Virus record (IMG/VR): IMGVR_UViG_3300033273_000208
Span: 9,884-73,883 of that record
Reading direction: 5' to 3' (one strand)
DNA: 64,000 nt
Source: a virus
The notes beneath the pieces are model-generated. The model was not told where the DNA came from. It ran no database searches and saw nothing but the letters and a program-made list of their open reading frames with translations. This document shows positions 42,500 through 53,885 of this stretch, piece after piece (position 1 is the first letter of the stretch; the number at the start of each line of letters is the position of its first letter). The position numbers and the translations under genes were made by a program.

Positions 42500-44359
42500 A
42501 TGGCAAGAACAGTCCCAGGAAGCGGCGCTCAAATATCTCCAATATTCAACAGTACCTACGGTGTTCGTGAGGTATATGTGGTTGATGGTGGATCTGGATA
42601 TGATGCCAATGATCCGCCACAACTTACTATTGGTAACTGTGGCACACCTCTTCGTGATGCTGTTTTAAGACCTATTATCAATACTGCAGGTGAGATTCAG
42701 GCAGTAGAAGTTCTTGATCCTGGTGAAGGATATAGTCCACTCCGTCTTGTAATCGATAGTACAGATGCTGGTGCTGCAGGTGCTAACGGTCAAGTCTTTT
42801 TGAACGAAACTGGTGGTATTGACTACATCCAGTTGACCAGAAATGGTGATAACTATTTCGGTGGCACTACCGCATCGATTGTCGGCGGTGGTGGTGCTGG
42901 TGCTGAGTTGGTACCTGTTACTGGTTTTGTGACTGGTTTATCTCTGGAAAATGTCGGTCGCAACTATACCAGAGACGACATTGCTCTCGTGATCGCTGGC
43001 GGTGGTGGTGAAGGTGCAACAGGCATCTGTGAGGTAAACGAGTTTGGTCAGGTTGAGAACATCAACATCAGTAACCCTGGTGAGTTCTTCGAGACTCCTC
43101 CCATCATTCAGTTGATTGGTGGTGGTGGATCTGGTGCAACTGCTGAAGCAGTTGTCAATCTCGGTAGGATTGAACAAATCAACATCACAAACCCTGGCGA
43201 TGGATATACTTCTGCCCCTCAGGTTATCTTCACAAGAAATACGAACCTTGTCAGAACTGCAAGAAATAGACAGTCTCTGAACTCAGTCCTGTATAACATT
43301 ACTGGTCTTACTTCAGACGTTGGTGTTTCGGACACCACAATCAACGTTGAAACCACTGCAGCATTCCCTGGTTCAGGAAAGGCACAGATTGGTAAAGAGA
43401 TCTTCCGTTATACATCTAAGACTGCCACTCAGTTCAGGGGCATTACAAGAGGTATTAACTTCAAGTATGACCAGAAAGTTATTCTGGATGCTTTGCAGAA
43501 TGACCCCAACACTGGAATAACTGGATATCAGTTTGCCATCAACGATCGAGTTCGTCGTGTTCAAGAATCGGCAGATAACAAGATCGCTATTGTTTATGAC
43601 TGGAGACCCGAAACCAGAGAACTGTATCTGGTGTTTGAGGTTGACGAACTGGCATTCATTGATGCTGGTAAATCTCAGGCAGAGACAAAGATTATCACAT
43701 TTATTGCTGGTGTTGCTGGTTCTTCTGGAACTGGTGTGGAACCTCACGTAATCCTGGATTCTCCTGGTGATGAGATTGTTCTGTTTACATCTCCACTTTC
43801 AGTTAGACCCGACAGTAAGTTTGAAGATGATGATGAACTAGAGGGTGCAGGTGATGGCATCATCGATATCATCAATACAGGCACTGACTTTGAATATGAA
43901 GTCAGTCTTGATGGCGGTATTGCTTCATCTAAATATGGTATTGAGGAAACTGTTGGTGGACAGAATACCACACTTCTCCAGATTGGTGATCGTGTGTATG
44001 ACGGTAGTCAATCACCTCTAGTTGCAACAGTTCAAGGTGCAGGTGCACTTGGAGACGGCGAATCTCACTCCGCCGACATCAGAATGATCATCAAAGATTG
44101 GAATGGCATCACACAGTTCTTGGTTGGTGAAACCATTCTCTCTTCAGTTTCTGGTGTTAGTGCAACTCTAGATTCTGTGGATTATTCGCCCACAGGATAT
44201 GGCACAGGATATGTGCAACTCAATCTATCCGCCCCCGTCAATAATGGTACGAACTATAAGTTCGATCCAACTGATGCTATTTCTGGTGGTAGCACAAGTG
44301 CGTCGGGTAATCTCTGGGAGGTCTATTACGATTACCTCCTGAGGAACGAACCAGAATAA
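42500..44359 (+). CDS. virion structural protein with GSGY beta repeats
   Basis: 619 aa; repeats shared with gp7. Confidence 0.75.
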   Translation: MARTVPGSGAQISPIFNSTYGVREVYVVDGGSGYDANDPPQLTIGNCGTPLRDAVLRPIINTAGEIQAVEVLDPGEGYSPLRLVIDSTDAGAAGANGQVFLNETGGIDYIQLTRNGDNYFGGTTASIVGGGGAGAELVPVTGFVTGLSLENVGRNYTRDDIALVIAGGGGEGATGICEVNEFGQVENINISNPGEFFETPPIIQLIGGGGSGATAEAVVNLGRIEQINITNPGDGYTSAPQVIFTRNTNLVRTARNRQSLNSVLYNITGLTSDVGVSDTTINVETTAAFPGSGKAQIGKEIFRYTSKTATQFRGITRGINFKYDQKVILDALQNDPNTGITGYQFAINDRVRRVQESADNKIAIVYDWRPETRELYLVFEVDELAFIDAGKSQAETKIITFIAGVAGSSGTGVEPHVILDSPGDEIVLFTSPLSVRPDSKFEDDDELEGAGDGIIDIINTGTDFEYEVSLDGGIASSKYGIEETVGGQNTTLLQIGDRVYDGSQSPLVATVQGAGALGDGESHSADIRMIIKDWNGITQFLVGETILSSVSGVSATLDSVDYSPTGYGTGYVQLNLSAPVNNGTNYKFDPTDAISGGSTSASGNLWEVYYDYLLRNEPE

Positions 44360-44361
44360 CC

Positions 44362-44369
44362 TATAAATA
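44362..44369 (+). promoter_or_regulatory. T4-type late promoter
   Basis: perfect TATAAATA. Confidence 0.85.
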
Positions 44370-44391
44370 AAGGGAAGGGTAAAACAGCATA

Positions 44392-45927
44392 ATGGCGTTA
44401 CTTACTGACCAGTTTAGGATTTTTACTGCCAACAAGTTCATCAAGGCATTGGAGGGTCCAGATCCCATCCAATCTGACATTGATGCTGGGGCAAGTAGAG
44501 ACCGTCTGTACGTTTTCATTGGTCGTCCACAATCGTGGGACAATGAAAATAATCCACCGACACCTATTGACTCTTTCCAAGAGTTCTCAGATGTCTTTGA
44601 TGATATGATTTCGCTTAAGCGTGTGCTTGCGAATGATGTCATTCAAGTTATCCGTCGTGTGGACTGGACACCTCCCGAACAAACCACTGGTGGTTTGGGT
44701 TATGTCTATGACATGTATCGTCATGACTATAGTTCTACCAAGACGGCATCGTCTGGTGCTACCAAACTGTATGACGCTGACTTCTACGTGGTCAACTCCT
44801 CGTATCAGGTCTATAAGTGCATCTACAACGGAACATCCCCTTCTGATCCGAACGGTAAGCCCTCGACTGTTGAACCGACTGGTACTTCCACATCTGTTAT
44901 CACTACCTCCGACGGTTATCGCTGGAAGTATATGTATACCATCCCTGTGGGACAGGTGCTGAAGTTCTTCTCTGGCGAATATATGCCAGTGTTGAGTGAC
45001 GTTGCTGTGCAGTCTGATGCTATCGGTGGAGAAATCGACACTGTTGTTATTCAGGCATCTGGTGCTGGTTACAACAACGGCACCTATGAAAACGTTCCCA
45101 TTAAGGGTGACGGTACTGGTGGTCGTGTATCACTGGTTGTTGATGGTGGTAAGGTCGTTTCTGCAACCGTGACCTCTGGTGGTTCTGGTTACACATTCGG
45201 TAAAGTCATCATCGACGAAGTGAACGGTATTGGTGCTGGCGCTGGTGCAGGTGCAACTATCGACGTTATTATCCCCCCTGTTGGCGGTCACGGTGCTGTA
45301 CCCCCCGTCGAACTGGGTGGTTTCCGAGTAATGATCAACACAAAGTTCACCTACGCTGAAGGTAGCGGTGACTTCCCGACCGATAACGACTATCGTCGTA
45401 TTGGTCTGGTGATCAACCCCAAGAGATTCGGTACCGCTGAACTGGTATCCGACCTCACCTTGTCTGGAACGTATGCATCCATCTTCCCCGCATCGTTTAC
45501 AGGTCAGTTCCAAACTGATGAAATCATCACACAATCCCGTACCGTTGGTGGTCAGCAAGTGACTGCTCGTGGACGAGTCATCTCCTGGAACTCCACAACC
45601 AAAGTTTTGAAGTATTACCAGAACAGAGTTGACGGTGTGTTCCCTGAAATCACAGGTAACCTCGTTGAGTTTGAAGGTGGTAACGCAATCGTTGGTGCTA
45701 CATCTGGTACCTCTGGTGACCCAGATATTAACTTCCCGATTGTCGCAGGTGCATCAACTCGTGTTATCAACAACACAGAATATGACCTGGGTATGTCATT
45801 CACAAACGGATATGCATCTCCTGAGATCGAACCGAACTCTGGCGATGTCATCTACATAGATAACAGGAGCGCGATTTCTCGTGCTGGTGACCAAATCGAA
45901 GATATCAAAATCGTAATCGAGTTCTAA
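44392..45927 (+). CDS. gp8: baseplate wedge subunit gp8
   Basis: LLTDQFRI...LYVFIGRPQSW...VYKCIYN...DGYRWKYMYT...IEDIKIVIEF. Confidence 0.92.
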   Translation: MALLTDQFRIFTANKFIKALEGPDPIQSDIDAGASRDRLYVFIGRPQSWDNENNPPTPIDSFQEFSDVFDDMISLKRVLANDVIQVIRRVDWTPPEQTTGGLGYVYDMYRHDYSSTKTASSGATKLYDADFYVVNSSYQVYKCIYNGTSPSDPNGKPSTVEPTGTSTSVITTSDGYRWKYMYTIPVGQVLKFFSGEYMPVLSDVAVQSDAIGGEIDTVVIQASGAGYNNGTYENVPIKGDGTGGRVSLVVDGGKVVSATVTSGGSGYTFGKVIIDEVNGIGAGAGAGATIDVIIPPVGGHGAVPPVELGGFRVMINTKFTYAEGSGDFPTDNDYRRIGLVINPKRFGTAELVSDLTLSGTYASIFPASFTGQFQTDEIITQSRTVGGQQVTARGRVISWNSTTKVLKYYQNRVDGVFPEITGNLVEFEGGNAIVGATSGTSGDPDINFPIVAGASTRVINNTEYDLGMSFTNGYASPEIEPNSGDVIYIDNRSAISRAGDQIEDIKIVIEF

Positions 45928-45928
45928 A

Positions 45929-48900
45929 ATGCCCCAGAATACTAATCTGAACATTAGTCCTTATTTTGACGACTTCGATAAGGACAAAAACTTTTACAGA
46001 GTTCTCTTTAGACCAGGATTCCCCATCCAGGCTAGGGAACTTACCTCGATGCAGACTATTCTGCAGAACCAAATCGAGTCCATGGGTCAACACTTCTTCA
46101 AAGAAGGTGCCATGGTCATTCCTGGTCAGATTGGTTACGACCTGAATGTTAAAGCAGTTATCCTGCAACAAAACTTTCTGGGGGTTGATGTTGAGAACTA
46201 CCGTGAGCAACTGCACGGACAACTGATTACTGGCGTTACATCTGGTGTTAAGGCAAAGGTTCTGTACTCTATTCCTGCTACAGAATCCGATAGAGGATAT
46301 ATCACACTGTACGTTAAGTATGTTGACTCTGGCGATACCGTTTCGGCAGAAAATGTCAAAGAGTTTATCGATAACGAACAACTCTACGCTGAGAACGAGA
46401 TTACCTTTGGATCAACCCTGATTGAGGTTTCTTCTCCGTTTGCACAACTTTTGCCTGCTGAGTCAACTGCAACGGGTTCTGTTGCATACATCAATGCTGG
46501 TGTGTATTTCATCAGAGGTTACTTTGTAGACGTGGAGTCTGCATACCTTCTGCTGGATCAATACACCAACAACCCTTCTTATCGTGTTGGTCTTGAGGTC
46601 AGTGAGTCGATTATCACCCCTGAGGATGATCCCTCACTGAACGACAATGCTGCTGGTTCTTCTAACTATTCTGCCCCTGGTGGACATAGATTCCGCATTA
46701 GAACTACCCTCACTAAGAAAGCAATCAATGATGATACTGATAAGAACTTCATTGAACTGCTGAGAATCAACAACAGTAAGGTTGAGCAGGTCGTTAATAA
46801 GACTGCATATTCCGAACTGGAGCGTTCTCTTGCACGCCGTACGTTTGAAGAGAGTGGCGACTACGTTGTAGATACGTTTGACGTTACTGCCCGTGAGCAC
46901 CTTGATGATTTCTTCAACAACGGTGTTTACAGAACTGGAGAAGTTTCCCCCGATGGCGTTTCTGCTTCTGATGAGTACCTTGCTGTTGAGGTTGGTCCTG
47001 GTAGAGCATATGTTAGAGGTTATAGAACCGAGTTCTTGACTTCTCAGTATGCTTCTGTTCCCAAACCCAGAACATTCAAAACCAGAGAGAACGGTATTAT
47101 TTCGTTTGAACTCGGCAACTTTGTCGAAGTTTACGACGTTTATGGCAATCCACAAATCAGTGGTGACGGTGTTAACGATGCATATCAGATCATCGAACTC
47201 CGTGACAACTGGATGATCGCACCTAACGACACAACCGATTATTCCACTTACACTGGTTCTTCCCAGGGTAACATGATCGGTAAGGCTCGTGTCGTCCAGA
47301 TGAAGTATGTGAAGACTGATACCACACTCGGTACAGACTTCCACAACCTCTACATGATGGACATTCAAATGTTCACGGTGATGAACTTCAAGGCAAACGT
47401 CGTTCTGCAAGCAGGCGATGTTATTGAAGGTCGTACATCTGGTGCTAGAGCATATGTCTATGAAGGTGCAACAACGGGTCAGAACCGTAAGTATGTGACA
47501 CTCTATCAGGTGTCTGGCACATTTACAAATGGTGAGGTCGTCACAAGAGACGGTCGTGTCGTGGGTGAGATTGATGCTGTGTTCGGTTATCAGTTCCAAG
47601 ACACCAGATCCATGGTTGGTAGAAACCAGGGTTCGGCAATCGTTTTTGGTTGTAACGTCAGCCTGAAGGATCAGTATGCAATCGACTGCTATAACGTTGA
47701 TGTTGATCAGACCACTAACCAACTCCTTTATGGTTATGGTTCCAACTTTGGTACAGAACTCCGCCCTGGTGAAGTTCTCCGTGTAACTGGTACATCCCTG
47801 AAGGGCGAAAACACTCTCCGCATTAAGAGAGTTGACCCAACAGCGATTGATGCTACAGAAGCAAACTCTGCAACTTCCGTCTCAAACTACATCTTTGACT
47901 ATGCCAATCAAACGGCAATCCTCGATACGACTCTGACTAAGGGTACCATTCCTGATGGCGAATATGCTCAGGGTGTGGTCATTCGTATGAGACCGTATCT
48001 GCAGATGAAGTCATATCAGAACGGTGAACTCAGCATTGACTTGCCATATCGTTCGATGCGTTCTCTGGAAGACGAATCGTTCTTCGTCTATAGATCGTTT
48101 GTTAATAAGGTTGTAAGTAACGGTGATATCACTATCACTCTCCCCGAGTCTGAGGCATTCGGTTCACTGGATGAAGGTGACTTCACTCTTACGGTTGCTG
48201 CTCAATCTGGTTCTTCCTATACAGTTGGACAGAACCTCGATCTGGAAACAGAAAATGATGCACAGAATCTGACAGTTAGTTTTGGTGCTGAGAGACAGTC
48301 CATTACTGTTCAAGGTCTGACAGGTGTTACTTCGGTTCACCTGAATGCACTGGTCTCAAAAAATACCGTCTCCAGAAAGATCAAGACTGCATCTAAGATG
48401 CGTGTCCTGAAAGTTATTAAGACGAATCAGCAGAACGATACTCTGAAGTTTGGTCTTGCTTACGGTAACCTGTACGGTACTCGTATTGAAGACCGTGAGA
48501 TCTCGATGGGTCTGAACGATGTCTATAAGATTCATGCTGTATATGAGTCTGAGACTGATCAAGATGCACAGATTCCATATGTTGTTCTTGACTCAGCAAC
48601 CTTCTTTGATGTTGGTTCTGTTGTTGTCGGTCGTACCTCTGGTGCTAGAGCACGAGTCGTATCGTTTGTCAACTCCACCCTCCGTCTCTATAACGTATCT
48701 CTGAATAACGTTCCGTTCGTTCCTGGTGAGATTATCGACGGTTTTGACGATGATGGCATTGCACTGACTGCACTGATTGATGACGCTGATGGATCTGTCG
48801 TCCTTGGTGCTAGAAACATTACATCATCGTTCACTCTGGATCCTCAGCAAGGTTCACACTTTACTGATGTTTCCAAACTGATTCGTGAACCCAACATCAC

Positions 48901-51900
48901 TGCTCCTACAAGGAAACTGATCATTATCTTTGATTACTTCCTGCATGAGCAGACTGGTGATTATTTCTCTGCACAATCTTACACAGGTATTCCTTTCAAG
49001 GAAATCCCTAACTACAAACTTGACGGTAGTATCAACTTCCTGGTTGACCAGATTGACTTCCGTCCTGCAGTTGGTGAGCAAGCAGAAGGTTCGGGTACGG
49101 TAGGCAACCCCTACTATGTGAACTGTACCTCTCTTGACTTCGACTCCCGTGTATTCTCTACGCAGAACAATGCTGCTGGTGGATCCACAATCTTCGATAT
49201 CATGCGTGTAGAGACAGCATTCCGTGCTGACTACTCCTGGTATCAACCCAGACTTGACCACATCTATCTGGGTCACAATAACGAAATCATCGTTGCTCAG
49301 GGTAAACCTGGGGATGATCTTCTTCCTCCCGACAAGGTTGAGAATGCCATGTTGCTTGCAACTATGGAACTCAAACCATATGTCTACAATCCTGAGCGTG
49401 ACGTAATCATCAGCCCTGAGCAGATTCGTCGCTTCACGATGAAGGACATTGGTGACCTTGAGGCACGTCTTGCACAAGTTGAATACTACACCTCCCTGTC
49501 TCTGCTTGAAGTTCAGGCAGACAACACCAAGTCCTACGATGCTAACGGTCTTGATAGATTCAAGAACGGTTATGTTGTGGATGACTTCACCGATCATACA
49601 GTTGGTGATGTTCTGAGTCCTGACTACAAGTGCTCCTTGGACTTCAGAGAAGGTATTCTCCGTCCGTCTCACTACACAACTAACGTTGCTCTTGAGTGGA
49701 ACGAGACTTCCTCTAGCAGTATTGTCAAGCACGAAGCAAACGTTCTGACACTTCCATACACCGAGGAAGTTATCGTTGAGCAACCATATGCTTCCCGTCA
49801 AGAGAACGTTAACCCGTTCAACGTGTTTACATTCATTGGTCGTATCGACCTCCTGCCGTCTTCTGACGACTGGATCGACACCAAGCGTCTGCCTGCAAGA
49901 GTTGAGAACGTCGAAGGTGACTTCTCTGCAGTTGCTAGAGACCTGAACATCGACCAGAACGGTTTCGCTCCTATTCAGTGGGGTTCTTGGCAGACCAACT
50001 GGACTGGTGAAACACTACAATCCAGAAACAGATTCCTGTCTAGATCTGGTAGATATGGTGTTGGTCGTCAGTTGGGTCGTGCTGGTCACGGTCAGCGTCG
50101 TCAAGGTCTCTTCTACCTGCACGAACGTCGTACCTATCGTGTTGTTAATAACCAGACACGTCAAGGTGTGAGAACTCGTGTTGTTCCTCGTGTTGATCGC
50201 AAGTCTCTGGGTGACAGCATTCTGTCTCAGACAGCAATCCCCTGGATTCGTTCCAGAAACGTGGGTTACAAGGTTTCTCGTATGAAACCCAATACTCGTT
50301 TCTATGCATTCTTCGACAACGTGAATGTAAACAACTACATGATGCCTAAGATCATCGAGTTGGTGAAGAACTCTTCTGCAGACCCCAATACAAACGAAAC
50401 ACCGTTTGTTGTTGGTGAGACTGTTGTTGGTTCTACATCTGGTTGCCGTTTGAAAGTTGCTAACCCGAATGATGGTGGTCAGTTCAACCCCTATACTGGC
50501 ACATCCTCCCCGCTGCCCGAGTCTTATGCATCGCAGACAGATATCCTAAACATTGACGTTACTGCTCTGGCAGAAACCAAGAACCCTGATTACTACGGCA
50601 ACATTGCTGTCGGTGAGGTCCTTGTCGGTCAAACCTCTGGTGCTCGTGCTGTCGTCAAGGATCGTCGTCTGATCTCCAACAACGTTGGTGAGATTGCTGG
50701 TACTCTGTTTATTCCAAACCCAAACGAGGATGCAAACCCCCGTTTCGCAACAGGTACTCGTACTTTCCGTTTTACAACGAATGCCGATAACAGCAAACTG
50801 CCAGGCACCGTTGACTCTTCTGCTGAAACAACTTACGAAGCAAGAGGTGTTCTGAACACTGTCCAAGAAAACATCCTAGCAGTTCGTAACGCTGAGATTG
50901 TTCGTGACACGGTTTCGAGTACAAGAAACGTTATCTCTACAAGAACAGAGACACGTCAGATTGGTTGGTATGACCCTCTGGCACAATCCTTCATCCTCGA
51001 CGAAGAAGGTGGTATGTTCCTGAACTCGGTTGACATCTTCTTTGCAACCAAGGACGCGAACATTCCCATCTCTATGCAGATTCGTACCATGGAGAATGGT
51101 TATCCGACTGGCGTTATTTTGCCGTTCTCGGATATCACACTCAATCCCTCCCAGGTAGAAACATCTGAGAACGCTGCTATTGCAACCAAGTTCACATTCC
51201 GCGCACCTGTTTACATCAAGCAGTCCACAGAATACTGTTTTGTTCTGCTGTCCGACTCCAACGAATACAAGGTTTGGATCTCCAGAATGGGTGACGTTGA
51301 TGTCTCTGGTACAAGAACGATCTCTGAGCAACCGTATGCTGGTGTTCTGTTCAAGTCTCAGAACGCATCTACCTGGACCGCCGACCAGTATGAAGACCTG
51401 AAGTTCCGCATCAACCGCTGCATCTTCGGTCCTACATCTGGTACTGCAGTCTTCAATAACTGCACTCTGGGTAAGGGTAATGGTGGTGTTCACAATCTCG
51501 TTGAGAACCCGATCCAAACTCTCAAACCCAAACAGATTATTGATCTTCCTGTCGGATTTGCTGAGTCGTTCACCGTTGGTGCTCGTTTGATTCAGGATCC
51601 CTCCAATGCAGCAGGTACCATTGTCGAATATGACACCACTGGTTCTATTCCAAGACTGACCCTTAATGATCTTGAAGGCACAATCGCAACTGGTTTCCTC
51701 CAGCAAGGTGGCGGTATCTTCAACGTGTTCAAGTCCTCTCAGTCACTGGTAACCATCACAACATCTGTGGTTCAGAACGGTGCATTCCAAGCAGGTCAAG
51801 TCATTACTAATGGTGGTGATGCTGAAGCAACCGTGGTTTCTTTCGACGAAAACACAGGGATTATTGAAGCAAACTTCTGTAAGGGTACCTTCACTGATGC

Positions 51901-53284
51901 TGACACAATCAGCAATACTGCCAGTGTAACTGCAACGATTGTTGCATCAGGTGTTGTCTATAGTGGCGACTCTCGTTCTGGATATCCTACTGCTTCACCC
52001 ACTTACGACTCTGACGAGAAGGAAGTGCTGGTATATCACAAGAACCACGGTATGCACGAACGTAGCAACAACATCACTGTTGAAGGCATCGTTTCCGAAG
52101 TTGGTGGTACAACTCTGACATCTACTCTTGCTGCTGATGCAACAAACATCGCAGTACAGGATGCTCTGTCATTCCACATCATCATCAACAACAAAGACGT
52201 TGGTACTACCAACCCTGGTTATATCAAGATCGGTGATGAGATCATTGCATATAGTGCAATCTCTTCAACTGGTCAAACCATCACTGTTGCTCCTTCTGGT
52301 CGTGGTGCTGATGGCACTGCTGCCGTTGAGCACCCCGCAGGATCTGTAGTTGAGTGCTACAACCTGGATGGTATTCCTCTGATCGAACTGAACAAAACAC
52401 ACGAACAGATCTCCTGCCCATGGTTGGATACTTACATGCTGCACACCACAAGTGTTGCAAGCAACGGTATCCGTGGCGGTGGTAAGAATGTCTTTGCATC
52501 TCAGAACGTACAGTTCGAGACCATCACCCCGACATTGAAGGTTATGAACCTTCCAGAAACTGCTGTTCGTGCCTTGGTAAATACTACTACGGCGACTTCG
52601 ATCGGTGATGGTTCAACTAACATCGACCAAGCATCGTTCATCAACACTGGTGACTATGAAGAGATTGTTCTCAACGAACTGAACCAGTTTGCAACTCCCA
52701 GAATGATTGCTTCTCAAATCAATGAGAACAACAAAATGGAAGGTAGCAAGTCTCTGACGATGCAAGTTCAACTCAGCACACAAAACACAAATCTGTCACC
52801 TGTTGTTGACCTTGACCGCTGCTCTTTGATCACTACATCCAATCGTATCAACTATTGGCCAGGTGGTTCTGCTGTTATTCCTTCTCAGGCAAACATTGAT
52901 AGAACTGCTGACACCTCTACCGATCCTGTTGGTGATCAAAATGACGCTGTGTATCTCACCCGTCTCGCAAGACTCACAAACGAATCTCGTTCTTTGAAAC
53001 TTCAGTTCCAGATTACAAGATCTGATGAGTCGTACATCTATCCTTATTACAAGGTGTTCACTTTCGGTTCTTCTACTAGACCTGAAGAAGTGGATTGGAT
53101 TCCGTTCCCGACAACAATCGAGTACGACGACACCCCATCCGAAGAACTCCTCTGGAAGGATTATGAATATGAAGTCAACGGATTGAACTTCAACGCTTTC
53201 CAAATCAAGTTGGTGATGAAGTCGAAGAACCAAGCACGAGTACCGCTCATCGCGGACATGAGAGCAATCGCACTCGCTACTTAA
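45929..53284 (+). CDS. large virion structural protein (VrlC/DUF4815-like)
   Basis: NLNISPYFDDFD.DKNFYRVLFRPG.PIQARELT; RFKNGYVVDDF; DPLAQSF; 2451 aa. Confidence 0.85.
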   Translation: MPQNTNLNISPYFDDFDKDKNFYRVLFRPGFPIQARELTSMQTILQNQIESMGQHFFKEGAMVIPGQIGYDLNVKAVILQQNFLGVDVENYREQLHGQLITGVTSGVKAKVLYSIPATESDRGYITLYVKYVDSGDTVSAENVKEFIDNEQLYAENEITFGSTLIEVSSPFAQLLPAESTATGSVAYINAGVYFIRGYFVDVESAYLLLDQYTNNPSYRVGLEVSESIITPEDDPSLNDNAAGSSNYSAPGGHRFRIRTTLTKKAINDDTDKNFIELLRINNSKVEQVVNKTAYSELERSLARRTFEESGDYVVDTFDVTAREHLDDFFNNGVYRTGEVSPDGVSASDEYLAVEVGPGRAYVRGYRTEFLTSQYASVPKPRTFKTRENGIISFELGNFVEVYDVYGNPQISGDGVNDAYQIIELRDNWMIAPNDTTDYSTYTGSSQGNMIGKARVVQMKYVKTDTTLGTDFHNLYMMDIQMFTVMNFKANVVLQAGDVIEGRTSGARAYVYEGATTGQNRKYVTLYQVSGTFTNGEVVTRDGRVVGEIDAVFGYQFQDTRSMVGRNQGSAIVFGCNVSLKDQYAIDCYNVDVDQTTNQLLYGYGSNFGTELRPGEVLRVTGTSLKGENTLRIKRVDPTAIDATEANSATSVSNYIFDYANQTAILDTTLTKGTIPDGEYAQGVVIRMRPYLQMKSYQNGELSIDLPYRSMRSLEDESFFVYRSFVNKVVSNGDITITLPESEAFGSLDEGDFTLTVAAQSGSSYTVGQNLDLETENDAQNLTVSFGAERQSITVQGLTGVTSVHLNALVSKNTVSRKIKTASKMRVLKVIKTNQQNDTLKFGLAYGNLYGTRIEDREISMGLNDVYKIHAVYESETDQDAQIPYVVLDSATFFDVGSVVVGRTSGARARVVSFVNSTLRLYNVSLNNVPFVPGEIIDGFDDDGIALTALIDDADGSVVLGARNITSSFTLDPQQGSHFTDVSKLIREPNITAPTRKLIIIFDYFLHEQTGDYFSAQSYTGIPFKEIPNYKLDGSINFLVDQIDFRPAVGEQAEGSGTVGNPYYVNCTSLDFDSRVFSTQNNAAGGSTIFDIMRVETAFRADYSWYQPRLDHIYLGHNNEIIVAQGKPGDDLLPPDKVENAMLLATMELKPYVYNPERDVIISPEQIRRFTMKDIGDLEARLAQVEYYTSLSLLEVQADNTKSYDANGLDRFKNGYVVDDFTDHTVGDVLSPDYKCSLDFREGILRPSHYTTNVALEWNETSSSSIVKHEANVLTLPYTEEVIVEQPYASRQENVNPFNVFTFIGRIDLLPSSDDWIDTKRLPARVENVEGDFSAVARDLNIDQNGFAPIQWGSWQTNWTGETLQSRNRFLSRSGRYGVGRQLGRAGHGQRRQGLFYLHERRTYRVVNNQTRQGVRTRVVPRVDRKSLGDSILSQTAIPWIRSRNVGYKVSRMKPNTRFYAFFDNVNVNNYMMPKIIELVKNSSADPNTNETPFVVGETVVGSTSGCRLKVANPNDGGQFNPYTGTSSPLPESYASQTDILNIDVTALAETKNPDYYGNIAVGEVLVGQTSGARAVVKDRRLISNNVGEIAGTLFIPNPNEDANPRFATGTRTFRFTTNADNSKLPGTVDSSAETTYEARGVLNTVQENILAVRNAEIVRDTVSSTRNVISTRTETRQIGWYDPLAQSFILDEEGGMFLNSVDIFFATKDANIPISMQIRTMENGYPTGVILPFSDITLNPSQVETSENAAIATKFTFRAPVYIKQSTEYCFVLLSDSNEYKVWISRMGDVDVSGTRTISEQPYAGVLFKSQNASTWTADQYEDLKFRINRCIFGPTSGTAVFNNCTLGKGNGGVHNLVENPIQTLKPKQIIDLPVGFAESFTVGARLIQDPSNAAGTIVEYDTTGSIPRLTLNDLEGTIATGFLQQGGGIFNVFKSSQSLVTITTSVVQNGAFQAGQVITNGGDAEATVVSFDENTGIIEANFCKGTFTDADTISNTASVTATIVASGVVYSGDSRSGYPTASPTYDSDEKEVLVYHKNHGMHERSNNITVEGIVSEVGGTTLTSTLAADATNIAVQDALSFHIIINNKDVGTTNPGYIKIGDEIIAYSAISSTGQTITVAPSGRGADGTAAVEHPAGSVVECYNLDGIPLIELNKTHEQISCPWLDTYMLHTTSVASNGIRGGGKNVFASQNVQFETITPTLKVMNLPETAVRALVNTTTATSIGDGSTNIDQASFINTGDYEEIVLNELNQFATPRMIASQINENNKMEGSKSLTMQVQLSTQNTNLSPVVDLDRCSLITTSNRINYWPGGSAVIPSQANIDRTADTSTDPVGDQNDAVYLTRLARLTNESRSLKLQFQITRSDESYIYPYYKVFTFGSSTRPEEVDWIPFPTTIEYDDTPSEELLWKDYEYEVNGLNFNAFQIKLVMKSKNQARVPLIADMRAIALAT

Positions 53285-53347
53285 TACTTAAAGCTATATC
53301 TGTTCTTCTGAACCCTTACAGTGTTATTCTAATCAGATTATTAGATT

Positions 53348-53608
53348 ATGTCAAGTCTTGATCCATATGAAGAAGGATATATTCCCGTTGAAGGTAGAGA
53401 CAACCTTTTTCGGGATCCTTACTCAAAAGCGATTGTCAATACAGACAAATCGGAGTACGCTAAATACATGGATGCTGTAAAGCGCCGAGAGTCTCAAACA
53501 AACAAAGTTGACTCTTTACAAAAGGAGGTTTCTGATCTAAAATCAGACATCCAGTATATGAAAACCTTACTAATGAAACTTGCAAAGGAGGACAACGATG
53601 CCCGCTGA
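53348..53608 (+). CDS. conserved coiled-coil hypothetical protein
   Basis: VEGRDNLFRDPYSKAIVNTD... Confidence 0.8.
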   Translation: MSSLDPYEEGYIPVEGRDNLFRDPYSKAIVNTDKSEYAKYMDAVKRRESQTNKVDSLQKEVSDLKSDIQYMKTLLMKLAKEDNDAR

Positions 53609-53804
53609 AGTGACCGAAACTATGGAACAGAGTGAACTGCTCGCTAACTTTCGTGAACGTTACACCAAACTTCTCGAAACAAACAAAGAACTTACTCAGC
53701 AAATCAAGAATAATGAGGCACAAGCACTGAAACTGCTTGGAGCAATCGAAACCCTAGAGTATTTGGGACAAGAAAGTGAAACCGCTGAAACCCCCGAAGA
53801 ATGA
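53598..53804 (+). CDS. coiled-coil hypothetical protein (possible fibre chaperone)
   Basis: GGAGG RBS; LKLLGAIETLE. Confidence 0.75.
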   Translation: MPAEVTETMEQSELLANFRERYTKLLETNKELTQQIKNNEAQALKLLGAIETLEYLGQESETAETPEE

Positions 53805-53809
53805 TACAG

Positions 53810-53833
53810 AGAGTCCTTCGGGACTCTTTTTTT
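53810..53833 (+). terminator. rho-independent terminator with cUUCGg loop
   Basis: AGAGTCC-TTCG-GGACTCT followed by a T tract. Confidence 0.9.
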
Positions 53834-53838
53834 CTGGC

Positions 53839-53845
53839 ATAAATA
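53839..53845 (+). promoter_or_regulatory. T4-type late promoter
   Basis: ATAAATA. Confidence 0.75.
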
Positions 53846-53885
53846 ACTAGAAGGCAAGGTACCGCTGGCACTATCTTAATAAGCA

